Assembly: GCF_016806735.1 (NCBI RefSeq)
Contig: NZ_CP060530.1
Location: forward strand, 60,001 to 92,000
DNA from: Candidatus Micrarchaeum sp.
GTDB taxonomy: Archaea; Micrarchaeota; Micrarchaeia; Micrarchaeales; Micrarchaeaceae
Direction of reading: 5' to 3'
Length of the DNA: 32,000 nucleotides
Of this stretch, positions 17,782 through 25,420 are shown piece after piece; position 1 is the first letter of the stretch; each line of letters opens with the position of its first letter. A program made the translations under genes and the position numbers. The notes below the pieces were generated by a model. That model was not told the origin of the DNA. It searched no databases and was given only the letters and a program-made list of their open reading frames with translations.

Positions 17782-17841
17782 TGCCCTTGCATAAAGTTGG
17801 CTTGCAGGACTTCTTTCCAGCACATTGACTTCGGCGGTAAA

Positions 17842-18720
17842 ATGGATCTGATGCAGTACGTGATAATTGCTGCATTGTCCGCATCGCTTCTTTGGGGTTT
17901 TGAGGATGCCCTGTCCAAAAAGCCGGTATCCAAGCTGGGCATAAGCCTGACCACTTCGATAATCCTTGTAGTGGGCCTGCTGCCTTTTGCCATAGTAGCA
18001 ATGCTATATCCTTCTTCTATGACATATTTCGGAATTGCGCTTTCAGCGATAGCCGGCCTTTTCTGGGGCGCAGGCTTTATGCTGATATACAAATCCGTAT
18101 CTACAGAAAATGTAACAAGCACATTCGTAATAAACGAAATCCTTCCTGCAATAATAATAATTTTCGGGATACTGGGCCTAGGCGAGAAGATAAGCATAGT
18201 GAACTTCCTTCTTATAATAATCATATTCTGCGGCTCGGTTGTCGTAATGCTCAGCGAAAACCTCAAGTTCAACCTGCGCCTCTTGTATGCAGTGCTGGCC
18301 AACGTGTCTTGGGGCCTTTTCTGGGTTCTGATGATAGAAGTCATACATACTTCCGGAAGCTTTGCAGAACCTCTGCTCATAGCCAGGATCGTAGCAGCCG
18401 CGGCAGTTGTAGTGTTCTTTGCCATATCTTCAAATAGGGTAAGGCATACTGCAAAAGCAAGGCGCCTCCCAGCCCTGCGTTCCCTTTACATTCCAATATC
18501 GATGGCAGCACTCATAGGTATTGTAGACGCATTTGGGAACGATGCATTCGGTTTTGTCAGCACAACGGGCTTTGTGGCCATAGGCGCGGGAATAATTGCC
18601 ATAAGCCCCATATTCGTGGCGCTGCTGGGCCGGCTTTTCTATAATGATAAGCTAAGGCCATTGCAGTGGACAGGATTCGGAATAATGGTTGCAGCTGCTA
18701 TTCTTCTGGCCTTGTTTTAA
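17842..18720 (+). CDS. EamA/DMT-superfamily transporter
   Basis: ~10 TM helices in two similar halves, a size and layout typical of EamA-domain permeases. ATG 17842 is preferred, because the maximal TTG 17797 start lies only 16 nt past tRNA-Ile. Confidence 0.65.
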   Translation: MDLMQYVIIAALSASLLWGFEDALSKKPVSKLGISLTTSIILVVGLLPFAIVAMLYPSSMTYFGIALSAIAGLFWGAGFMLIYKSVSTENVTSTFVINEILPAIIIIFGILGLGEKISIVNFLLIIIIFCGSVVVMLSENLKFNLRLLYAVLANVSWGLFWVLMIEVIHTSGSFAEPLLIARIVAAAAVVVFFAISSNRVRHTAKARRLPALRSLYIPISMAALIGIVDAFGNDAFGFVSTTGFVAIGAGIIAISPIFVALLGRLFYNDKLRPLQWTGFGIMVAAAILLALF

Positions 18721-18814
18721 ATAACTGCACACGCCCATAACCTGTAATGGCATGATCTTTGTAGTACATTTGCAAAGCGGCGATTAGCGAGCAACGTCAT
18801 TTCTGCAAAAGCGC

Positions 18815-19525
18815 CTATGCGAAGCTTTTTCTTACGGTCCGTGTATCATACCTTTTAACTTCTGCGCCCAGTCTTGTAAGCTTAAGCGAAGCAGTATCGG
18901 CATCGCGCTTGACATCTCTTGGGTTGTCCTTGTCGCTTACTACAAAAAAGACCTCTTTTGCGTGCAGGTCGTTCACTGCGAGCTCCATATCCGGCATTGC
19001 ATTGTTTATTGATGCCTGCACCATGTAGCATTGCGAAGGCATTAAATCAAGGCCCTTAAATATCCTGTCATATTCAGGTTTTCCTGGGCTTAGGACCAGC
19101 ATCTTGTGCTCTTTATTATCTTCTGGAACCTTTATGTCGGACATCTTAACGGGTTTTGCCTGTACTGTAATGTTCGGGAATTCCTTTTTCAATGCGCCAA
19201 GCTGAAGTTCAGTATTCTTCTCCTCAAGCTGGCCCTTTGTTTCAAAATCTACGGTTTTAAACTGGTTTATAAGCTCGTCCTTAAGCTCATCAGTGGCTTC
19301 CGCGCCTTTCTTTATAACGGCAAAAGCCTTCCCCATCGCTCCACAATCGTCGTGAGTCACCAGCGTTATTGTATCTATGCCATTTTCTCTCACTATTTGT
19401 TTTATCATCGGCATCAATGGAGCCACATTCGCCCCGGCATTCCTCAAAACAAACGCGCCACCGTATTTATTTTCCAGAAAATCATTAAGCCTCCTGTCCA
19501 TGCAGCATATAACCAGTTCTTCCAT
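18815..19525 (-). CDS. Beta-class (Cab-type) carbonic-anhydrase-like protein with ~100-aa C-terminal extension
   Basis: CCMDRR (C-x-D-x-R) at aa 7-12 and THDDCG (H-x-x-C) at aa 57-62, with beta-CA-like spacing, followed by NAGANV as in M. thermautotrophicus Cab. Total length is 236 aa, against ~170 aa for Cab. Confidence 0.6.
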   Translation of the reverse strand: MEELVICCMDRRLNDFLENKYGGAFVLRNAGANVAPLMPMIKQIVRENGIDTITLVTHDDCGAMGKAFAVIKKGAEATDELKDELINQFKTVDFETKGQLEEKNTELQLGALKKEFPNITVQAKPVKMSDIKVPEDNKEHKMLVLSPGKPEYDRIFKGLDLMPSQCYMVQASINNAMPDMELAVNDLHAKEVFFVVSDKDNPRDVKRDADTASLKLTRLGAEVKRYDTRTVRKSFA

Positions 19526-19652
19526 AAAATCACGCAGACATAAGCATAACCTTTAAAATCTAAAAAGGCTTTGATTTGCAAATATTTACCTCATATAAAA
19601 GGCTTTTAAGGTAAATAATTTAGTTCAGAATAGCCTATGCTTAGTGATCAGA

Positions 19653-19997
19653 ATGGCAAAAAAGCACAACGGCGAAATAACGCCAGATGTTGCGGTAGAA
19701 CGCCTCATAAACTGCTTTGAAACTGCAAACGAGGAAATAAACAAGGCACTGGGGCAGGAAATTCCCAAAAAGGAGCTCAGAGCAAGGGTGAAGCTCTTCG
19801 TAGGCGACGCTTTCAGAAAGTGCAACGTCGATATAAAGAATCCTACAAAAGAAGGCCTGAAAGAAGCCATGGGTCTGTGCAGGATAAACACCAAGAAGAT
19901 GCTCGGCCCAATGGCAGACCCCATAATAAAAAAGCATTACGCGGAAATGAGCGAGATAATAGAAAAGCTTCCGGATGATGGTGATAAGGATGACTAA
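19653..19997 (+). CDS. Hypothetical protein (114 aa, acidic C-terminus)
   Basis: ORF with a balanced, helical-looking composition. Its stop overlaps the start of the next gene (ATGACTAA). No motif recognised. Confidence 0.55.
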   Translation: MAKKHNGEITPDVAVERLINCFETANEEINKALGQEIPKKELRARVKLFVGDAFRKCNVDIKNPTKEGLKEAMGLCRINTKKMLGPMADPIIKKHYAEMSEIIEKLPDDGDKDD

Positions 19998-20310
19998 AAT
20001 ACTGTCAATAATATCAAGCAAGGAAAAGGATAAGATAAGCCTTGGGATAGGCTTCAGTGCAAGGCAAAAGCAGGCAGGGCACGATGTAAGAATACTATTC
20101 TTCGGCCCAAGCGAGGTAACCATAGCCAACGACGATGAAGTGTCAAAGCTCATCGAAAACTCTTTCGGCAGCGAAAAGCCATCCGCATGCATATTCGTGG
20201 CGCAGAATGCCAAGGTGGAGGAGAAACTCGGCAAAAAGGTTAACCTTGTCAAGGCAGGCGAATACATAACAAAGAGCATAGACGAAGGATACACGCCTAT
20301 AAGTTTCTGA
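19990..20310 (+). CDS. DsrE/DsrF-like family protein (putative)
   Basis: 106 aa. KILSIISSKEKDKISLGIGFSARQKQAGHDVRILFFGPSEV and a later conserved-looking Cys (PSACIFVAQNAKV) resemble the DsrE-type Rossmann-like fold. Translationally coupled to the upstream ORF. Confidence 0.45.
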   Translation: MTKILSIISSKEKDKISLGIGFSARQKQAGHDVRILFFGPSEVTIANDDEVSKLIENSFGSEKPSACIFVAQNAKVEEKLGKKVNLVKAGEYITKSIDEGYTPISF

Positions 20311-20471
20311 AGTAATACGGAAGGCATGCCCCTTCCAACAATCCAGTAATTGCAGTGAATTTTGCTTCTGGAAGTAGGATATGCTCTAAACTGTATCCAT
20401 GTGAACGAAACTATAAAAACAATTCTACAAAATCCTGAACTGCAAAACTTTTTATAGCCCAATAAACTAAG

Positions 20472-20481
20472 CTATTTAAAT
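20472..20481 (+). promoter_or_regulatory. TATA-like element upstream of the ECF operon
   Basis: CTATTTAAAT lies ~35 nt upstream of ATG 20513. A GGGG tract lies 7-11 nt upstream of the ATG. Confidence 0.3.
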
Positions 20482-20512
20482 CATCCATAAAAATCTAAAT
20501 CGGGGTTATGCT

Positions 20513-21166
20513 ATGGGTGAAGTTACTGCTGGTTTGAACGAGAAGTTTTCGCAATACACTCTCAGGTGGAGGGGAGGAAGGCTAACAACTACGCAATACG
20601 CGCTTTTTGCGATACAAATGGCGGTGGTGATACTGCTTTCATGGCTTGGGGCGATAGCCACTCCGGTGGTTGGTCCCGGGATAGGGTTCCTTTACTGGGC
20701 TTATCCTTTCTTCGTCGTTTTCACGCTCTGGTGGGGAGTCTGGGGAATACTGGGTGCATGGATCGGCGCATTCGTCGGATCCGGGCTGTTGACAGGATTG
20801 CCAGTACTTCCTGCATTGGGATTTAGTATAGGGGACCTCATACCTGCATTGCTTATATTTCTTCTTTACAGGGGATACCTTAGAAAGCACGGTGTGGACC
20901 CGTTGGGCAGGGACATAATGAAAAGCAAGAAATCCGCAGCATGGTTTGTACTGTGGGTGATGGGGATTACTAACATAATCGGGGGCCTTTGGGGAGTATG
21001 GATCCTCGTGCTTCTCGGTTTCGTCCCCGCCAGCGCATATTTACTTGGAGCTGGGCTGTGGATTCTTGGAGATGCTATAGTCCTTCTAATAGCGCCGTTC
21101 CTGGCCAAGTATGTTACTCCTGTAGTAGAACGCTTTGGGCTCGTAAACACTGGCTGGGTGTCGTGA
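20513..21166 (+). CDS. Putative ECF-transporter substrate-capture (S) component
   Basis: 217 aa, ~6 TM, Trp/Gly-rich helices. The size and topology fit ECF S components (YkoE/QueT-like). Its stop abuts the start of an EcfT gene (TGAATG). Substrate family not assignable by eye. Confidence 0.55.
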   Translation: MGEVTAGLNEKFSQYTLRWRGGRLTTTQYALFAIQMAVVILLSWLGAIATPVVGPGIGFLYWAYPFFVVFTLWWGVWGILGAWIGAFVGSGLLTGLPVLPALGFSIGDLIPALLIFLLYRGYLRKHGVDPLGRDIMKSKKSAAWFVLWVMGITNIIGGLWGVWILVLLGFVPASAYLLGAGLWILGDAIVLLIAPFLAKYVTPVVERFGLVNTGWVS

Positions 21167-21991
21167 ATGCAGGCGTCGGCTTCCCGTGGGCAGAAACGCA
21201 AGGTTAAGACCATACTGTTTTCTGCCCGTTCCGACTCCTTTTATGTCAATATGAATCCGATAGCCAAGTTCCTGCTGCTTATACTACTTTCCGTTGGCGT
21301 GGTGGCATCTATAATACGCCCAGTTCCGGATCTCACATACAATCTTCTGGTCCTGGCGTTTGCCGTGGGCTTTTTATTTGAGAGTGGTACCATAAAATAT
21401 CTGGTCAAGAGTTATCTTGCGCTATTAGTCGTTGCGCTTTTCGTCATGATGGCTTGGTGGATAGTTTTCAACCAGATAGGTACCAATACTCTTTTCAGCA
21501 TGACACTACTAGGGGCTACGCTAAAGATAACAAGCCTGTCGATATACGTGGGCATAGGCAAGATATCCGGGTATGCATCTATGGCTTTCATGACTCTGCT
21601 TACGATAATGAGCACTAGGGATGCCGACATAATATCCGCATTGAAAAAAATTAAGGCCCCGTTCAAGGTCGTGTTCTTCGCATCGCTGATAGCCAGGAGC
21701 CTAAACATAATGTCCGACGACCTGGATTCGATAAGGCAGGCCCAATTTGCCAGAGGTGCAGGCGGCACATCGACAAACATAGTAAAGAAAGTAACCTCAT
21801 TCGTAATGCTATCGATACCTCTTACTACATCCATGATAAAGCGTTCTGTAGACATGGGGTTTGCGCTCGAATCGAGAGGATTCTCCAAATCGAAGGGTAT
21901 GTCGGATTTCATCTCGGAAAAGAGGTTTAAAGCTAGCGATGCTGTTATAATGGCATTTGGCGCTTTCATGCTGGTTCTCCCGTTTATCTGA
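21167..21991 (+). CDS. ecfT: ECF transporter transmembrane (T) component, EcfT/CbiQ family
   Basis: 274 aa. N-terminal SDSFYVNMNPIAKFLL (compare dS.lH.ldPr.Kl). Coupling-helix region IARSLNIMSDDLDSIRQAQFARGAGG carries the two A-R-[GS] motifs typical of EcfT. Confidence 0.8.
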   Translation: MQASASRGQKRKVKTILFSARSDSFYVNMNPIAKFLLLILLSVGVVASIIRPVPDLTYNLLVLAFAVGFLFESGTIKYLVKSYLALLVVALFVMMAWWIVFNQIGTNTLFSMTLLGATLKITSLSIYVGIGKISGYASMAFMTLLTIMSTRDADIISALKKIKAPFKVVFFASLIARSLNIMSDDLDSIRQAQFARGAGGTSTNIVKKVTSFVMLSIPLTTSMIKRSVDMGFALESRGFSKSKGMSDFISEKRFKASDAVIMAFGAFMLVLPFI

Positions 21992-22003
21992 CTAGGTGTA
22001 CCC

Positions 22004-24565
22004 ATGGATTCCATAACTATAAGTGATTTTTATTGGAGATATCCCAATTTTACCGGCATAAAGAGCAACTATGCCCTGAAAGGGATAAACCTTAGCGTCA
22101 AGGAAGGCGAATTCCTGGGCATTACAGGGCCAAGCGGCTCCGGAAAGACCACGCTCTGTTATTCCATAGCTGGCCTTATACCGCATCAGCTCAAGTTGCC
22201 ACTAAATTTTCAAGACGGAATAAAGGGCGAAATAAGTGTCTTGGGCAAAACCGTAACAAAAGCGGATATAATCAACGGAGAGCTCAAGCTTTCCGGGACT
22301 GGCATCACGGCCCCGGATGTGGGTCTCGTAATGCAGGATCCCGAAAGCCAGTTTCTAAGCATGAGCGTCATGAACGAGGTCTCTTTGGGCCTGCAGCTCA
22401 TGGGGCTTGAAAAGAAGGAAATGCTCAAACGCATAAAGGACGCGCTGGAGCTCGTCGGCCTGGGAGAGCTTTATGACTATGCAGAAAAGATTCATCCATC
22501 TGAACTGTCCGGAGGGCAGAAGCAAAGGCTAGTGATAGCAAGCTTCCTGGCAATGAAGCCCAGGATACTGATACTTGACGAGCCCACTTCGGATCTTGAT
22601 CCGAAGGGGAAAATGGAAGTGATAGAAACTATTGCACGGATAAAGAAAGAATCCGGAATGACCATAATCCTGGTAGAACACAATCCGGACGTGATGCTGA
22701 GATTCGCCGACAGGCTGGCCCTGTTGTACGAAGGTTCTATCGTCAAAACTGGCAGGCCAGAAGAAATATATTCTGACAAGGAGCTGATATCCAAATACAA
22801 TATATACGCGCCAGAAGTATCGGAGCTCTCCGACTATTTTTCCGTAGACGAAAGCCCGAAGCTCGGAATACCGAAAACTGGATTCAAAATAGAGCGGAAA
22901 AAGCCCACAGTATCAAATCCAATAATAAAATTAAACGGGGTATCTTTTTCGTACGACGACGGGACAAAGGCACTGGAAAACATAAACCTAGAAATAGAAA
23001 AGGGATCGCTAGTGGCCCTGGTGGGCCAGAACGGTTCTGGAAAAAGCACGCTTTCAAAAATAATATCCGGGATACTAGCGCCAGGTTCTGGGACTGCAGA
23101 GGTTGCCGGGCTTAATCCGCGCTCAAAGAGAGACCGGCTCAAGCTGCCCTTGCACGTAAGCTATGTTTTCCAGAATCCGGACCATCAGATATTTACAAGG
23201 AGCGTCACTTCCGAGGTCAATTATTCGCTGAAGAACGCCGGCATAACTGGAAAGGAAGCAGACGAAAAAATCACAAACATACTCAAGCGCGTAGGCCTTT
23301 CAGACAAGGCCGAAGAGGACCCTGTATTCCTGGGAAGAGGCCAGAAGCGCAGGCTTGCGGTAGCCAGCAGCATAGTAATAAAGCCGGAAGTGCTTATAGT
23401 CGACGAGCCCACAACTGGGCAGGACTACAAAATGGCCATGGAAATAATGGAGATAATAAAAAGCCTGAACGAAGAGGGCGTCACAGTTTTGCTGATAACT
23501 CACGACATGCGGTTGGTGGCCGAATATTGCCGCAGGGCGATAGTCATGAGCAAGGGATCGATAATATTCGATGGAACTCCGGAAGCTCTTTTCATGGACG
23601 AAAACGTGCTTCGTCTTTCGTCGCTGTCCGAGCCACAATCGGTAAGGCTGTCCAAGGGCATAATTAACGCCGGCCTGCTTGACGAACCTTTGATAAGCGC
23701 AGGAGAATGGCTTGAGTTTTTTAATTTCTTGAAATCAAAAACCAAGATAATATTCAAATCCATTGCCGATATCGATGCGAGCGCGGCGAAGATATCTGCA
23801 TCGCTTAAGGACGCAGGCATGCCAAAGAGCATGATATACATAGAAAGAGGTGGAATGGTGCTTGCCTCGGCGCTTTATCCGAGACTTGGAAACGTAAGAG
23901 CCTACGGCATATCTGCAAGTTATTATAACGATATAGGCGCATCAACAAAGGAGGTATTCGTGCGTGGCGTCGATGCCCTCAAAATCCCAAGCGGAAATGG
24001 ATATGTCCTAGTTGTCGACGAGCTCGTGGATACTGGAAAAACGCTTGCCAGCATCATGGAGCGACTACATGCCGCATTCCCAAAAGAACGGTTTGTAACG
24101 TGCACAATGCTGGCAAAACCGCGCTCTAAGATAAAACCTGACATATACGCCGAAGAGGTTTCTGACGACACATGGGTAGTTTTCGATTATGAGAAAAATG
24201 AGGCTCTTTCAGAATTCGAAAAAGCGAATCCCGCAATGCTTCCGGAGTTGCGCAAGCATTTCGCTTCGTATCCGGAAGACAGGTATTCAACCATCTACAG
24301 GAAAATAGACAAACTATGCTCCAACATAAGCCGCAAGCCGACCGCCATAGCATATGAGAATCCGCGCGCTTTGGTGCAGGCTAGGCTTTTGTCAGACAAG
24401 CTGGGCGTAAAGCGCCTCATTCCTGTAAGCGAAGATGCTTCTGCCGTCATTGTCGCTGAGCCAAACGAAGATGTCGTTGTAGTAGGATCCACAAAAGAGG
24501 CAGTAGAAAGGATAAGCGCAACGATAGGGCTCAAGAAGCCCATCGCTTTGGTGCTCGAAGCCTAG
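22004..24565 (+). CDS. Fused EcfA1-EcfA2 (YkoD/CbiO-like) tandem ABC ATPase with C-terminal purine phosphoribosyltransferase domain
   Basis: Cassette 1 has GPSGSGKTT, LSGGQKQR, ILILDEPTSDLD and VEHN. Cassette 2 has GQNGSGKST, LGRGQKRR, VLIVDEPTTGQD and ITHD. Then aa ~580-735 contain IYIERGGMVLA, GYVLVVDELVDTGKTL (PRPP motif) and KPDIYAEEVSDDTWVVFDYE, which are Hpt/Gpt-like. AGGTG lies 5 nt upstream of the ATG. Confidence 0.8.
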   Translation: MDSITISDFYWRYPNFTGIKSNYALKGINLSVKEGEFLGITGPSGSGKTTLCYSIAGLIPHQLKLPLNFQDGIKGEISVLGKTVTKADIINGELKLSGTGITAPDVGLVMQDPESQFLSMSVMNEVSLGLQLMGLEKKEMLKRIKDALELVGLGELYDYAEKIHPSELSGGQKQRLVIASFLAMKPRILILDEPTSDLDPKGKMEVIETIARIKKESGMTIILVEHNPDVMLRFADRLALLYEGSIVKTGRPEEIYSDKELISKYNIYAPEVSELSDYFSVDESPKLGIPKTGFKIERKKPTVSNPIIKLNGVSFSYDDGTKALENINLEIEKGSLVALVGQNGSGKSTLSKIISGILAPGSGTAEVAGLNPRSKRDRLKLPLHVSYVFQNPDHQIFTRSVTSEVNYSLKNAGITGKEADEKITNILKRVGLSDKAEEDPVFLGRGQKRRLAVASSIVIKPEVLIVDEPTTGQDYKMAMEIMEIIKSLNEEGVTVLLITHDMRLVAEYCRRAIVMSKGSIIFDGTPEALFMDENVLRLSSLSEPQSVRLSKGIINAGLLDEPLISAGEWLEFFNFLKSKTKIIFKSIADIDASAAKISASLKDAGMPKSMIYIERGGMVLASALYPRLGNVRAYGISASYYNDIGASTKEVFVRGVDALKIPSGNGYVLVVDELVDTGKTLASIMERLHAAFPKERFVTCTMLAKPRSKIKPDIYAEEVSDDTWVVFDYEKNEALSEFEKANPAMLPELRKHFASYPEDRYSTIYRKIDKLCSNISRKPTAIAYENPRALVQARLLSDKLGVKRLIPVSEDASAVIVAEPNEDVVVVGSTKEAVERISATIGLKKPIALVLEA

Positions 24566-25113
24566 CGAGTCACAAAACAATTTCTGCATCTTGGCTGGTA
24601 GGCTTCCTTGCCCCCTATTACTATGCGCGGCCCGGATTTTGAGGTTCCGTCGATCATCCTCTGTGAGAATACGGCTTCCTCTCCGCACTTCGTACAAACT
24701 GCAGTCAGGGAATATATGTAATCTGCATATGCGAGCAACTTCTCCGATATGTTAAAAGGTATGCCTCTGTAATCCTTGTTGAGGGTAGATACATAAACGA
24801 TCTTTTTCATTGATGCCAGCTTGTTAAGCGTGTCCTCCAGCCCAGAGTCGTCATCCCAAAACTGGGCCTCGTCTATTCCGATAACATTGTAATCCGAGCT
24901 CACGTCGAATATGGCCTTGACTCCCGCTTTGCCGGTTCTCACTACCGTTGCGTCTAATTCTGCGCCCTTGTGCGTTTTAACCTTGCTTTCGACCGAGCGC
25001 GTGTCAATTTCCGGCTTGAAAAGTATGACCTTCCTTCCAGCGAAGCGTTCCCGCTCAAGAAGCTCTATCAGCCTTGATGTTTTTCCGGAGAACATGGGCC
25101 CAGTGATTACCAC
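24562..25113 (-). CDS. tdk: Thymidine kinase (TK1 type)
   Basis: 183 aa. P-loop GPMFSGKTS, DEAQFW, and a C-terminal zinc site CTKCG...CRNC. GTG start with GGGAG 5 nt upstream. Its stop shares the CTAG tetranucleotide with the convergent ABC-PRTase gene. Confidence 0.92.
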   Translation of the reverse strand: MVITGPMFSGKTSRLIELLERERFAGRKVILFKPEIDTRSVESKVKTHKGAELDATVVRTGKAGVKAIFDVSSDYNVIGIDEAQFWDDDSGLEDTLNKLASMKKIVYVSTLNKDYRGIPFNISEKLLAYADYIYSLTAVCTKCGEEAVFSQRMIDGTSKSGPRIVIGGKEAYQPRCRNCFVTR

Positions 25114-25163
25114 AAGTCTCCCTAACTCTAAAGATTTCTTCGTATGCTACACCCCCAACTTAT

Positions 25164-25334
25164 CTATATGCCCTTTTTGACAAGCCTGAACTCGTAGTCC
25201 CTGATGAGTATCTGGGCCGTTTCGAACTTGTCTTCCATCTCTTTTGCAAGTTTTTTATCTCTCCCTGCATCGAGTTTTTCTGCGAGCTTTCTGTGGTGTT
25301 CTATTAACGCATCTATTCTCTCCTGATAAGCCAT
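25164..25334 (-). CDS. Small hypothetical helical protein (56 aa)
   Basis: MAYQERIDALIEHHRKLAEKLDAGRDKKLAKEMEDKF... is charged and looks like a coiled coil. It lies upstream of and on the same strand as tdk. The maximal ORF extends to 25388. Coding status is uncertain. Confidence 0.35.
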   Translation of the reverse strand: MAYQERIDALIEHHRKLAEKLDAGRDKKLAKEMEDKFETAQILIRDYEFRLVKKGI

Positions 25335-25420
25335 ACTACCACGCACATACTTTACAGCAATAAAATAATAAGCTAACGCAGGTGCCAAGTGTTAAATCCT
25401 TTGCCGGACAAATTACAACC

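Noticed and set aside
17741-18425. Minus-strand ORFs of 86 and 220 aa
   Set aside because: They run through tRNA-Ile and are antisense to the EamA transporter gene. Their composition is typical of the antisense strand of a membrane-protein gene.
19641-20462. 273-aa minus-strand ORF
   Set aside because: It is antisense to two better-supported + strand genes (hypothetical and DsrE-like, which are translationally coupled). Its composition is Cys/Phe/Leu-rich and odd, with no motif. It looks like a shadow ORF.
20311-20512. Possible riboswitch upstream of the ECF operon (including hairpin GGAAGG-CATGCC-CCTTCC at 20319-20336)
   Set aside because: I looked for TPP-like (CUGAGA...ACCUGA), preQ1-like and purine-riboswitch-like cores and found none. 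The hairpin is more simply a 3' structure of the DsrE-like gene. A covariance-model scan (Rfam) would settle this.
21412-22014. 200-aa minus-strand ORF
   Set aside because: It is antisense to the EcfT gene, which has clear family motifs. It spans the EcfT/EcfA junction.
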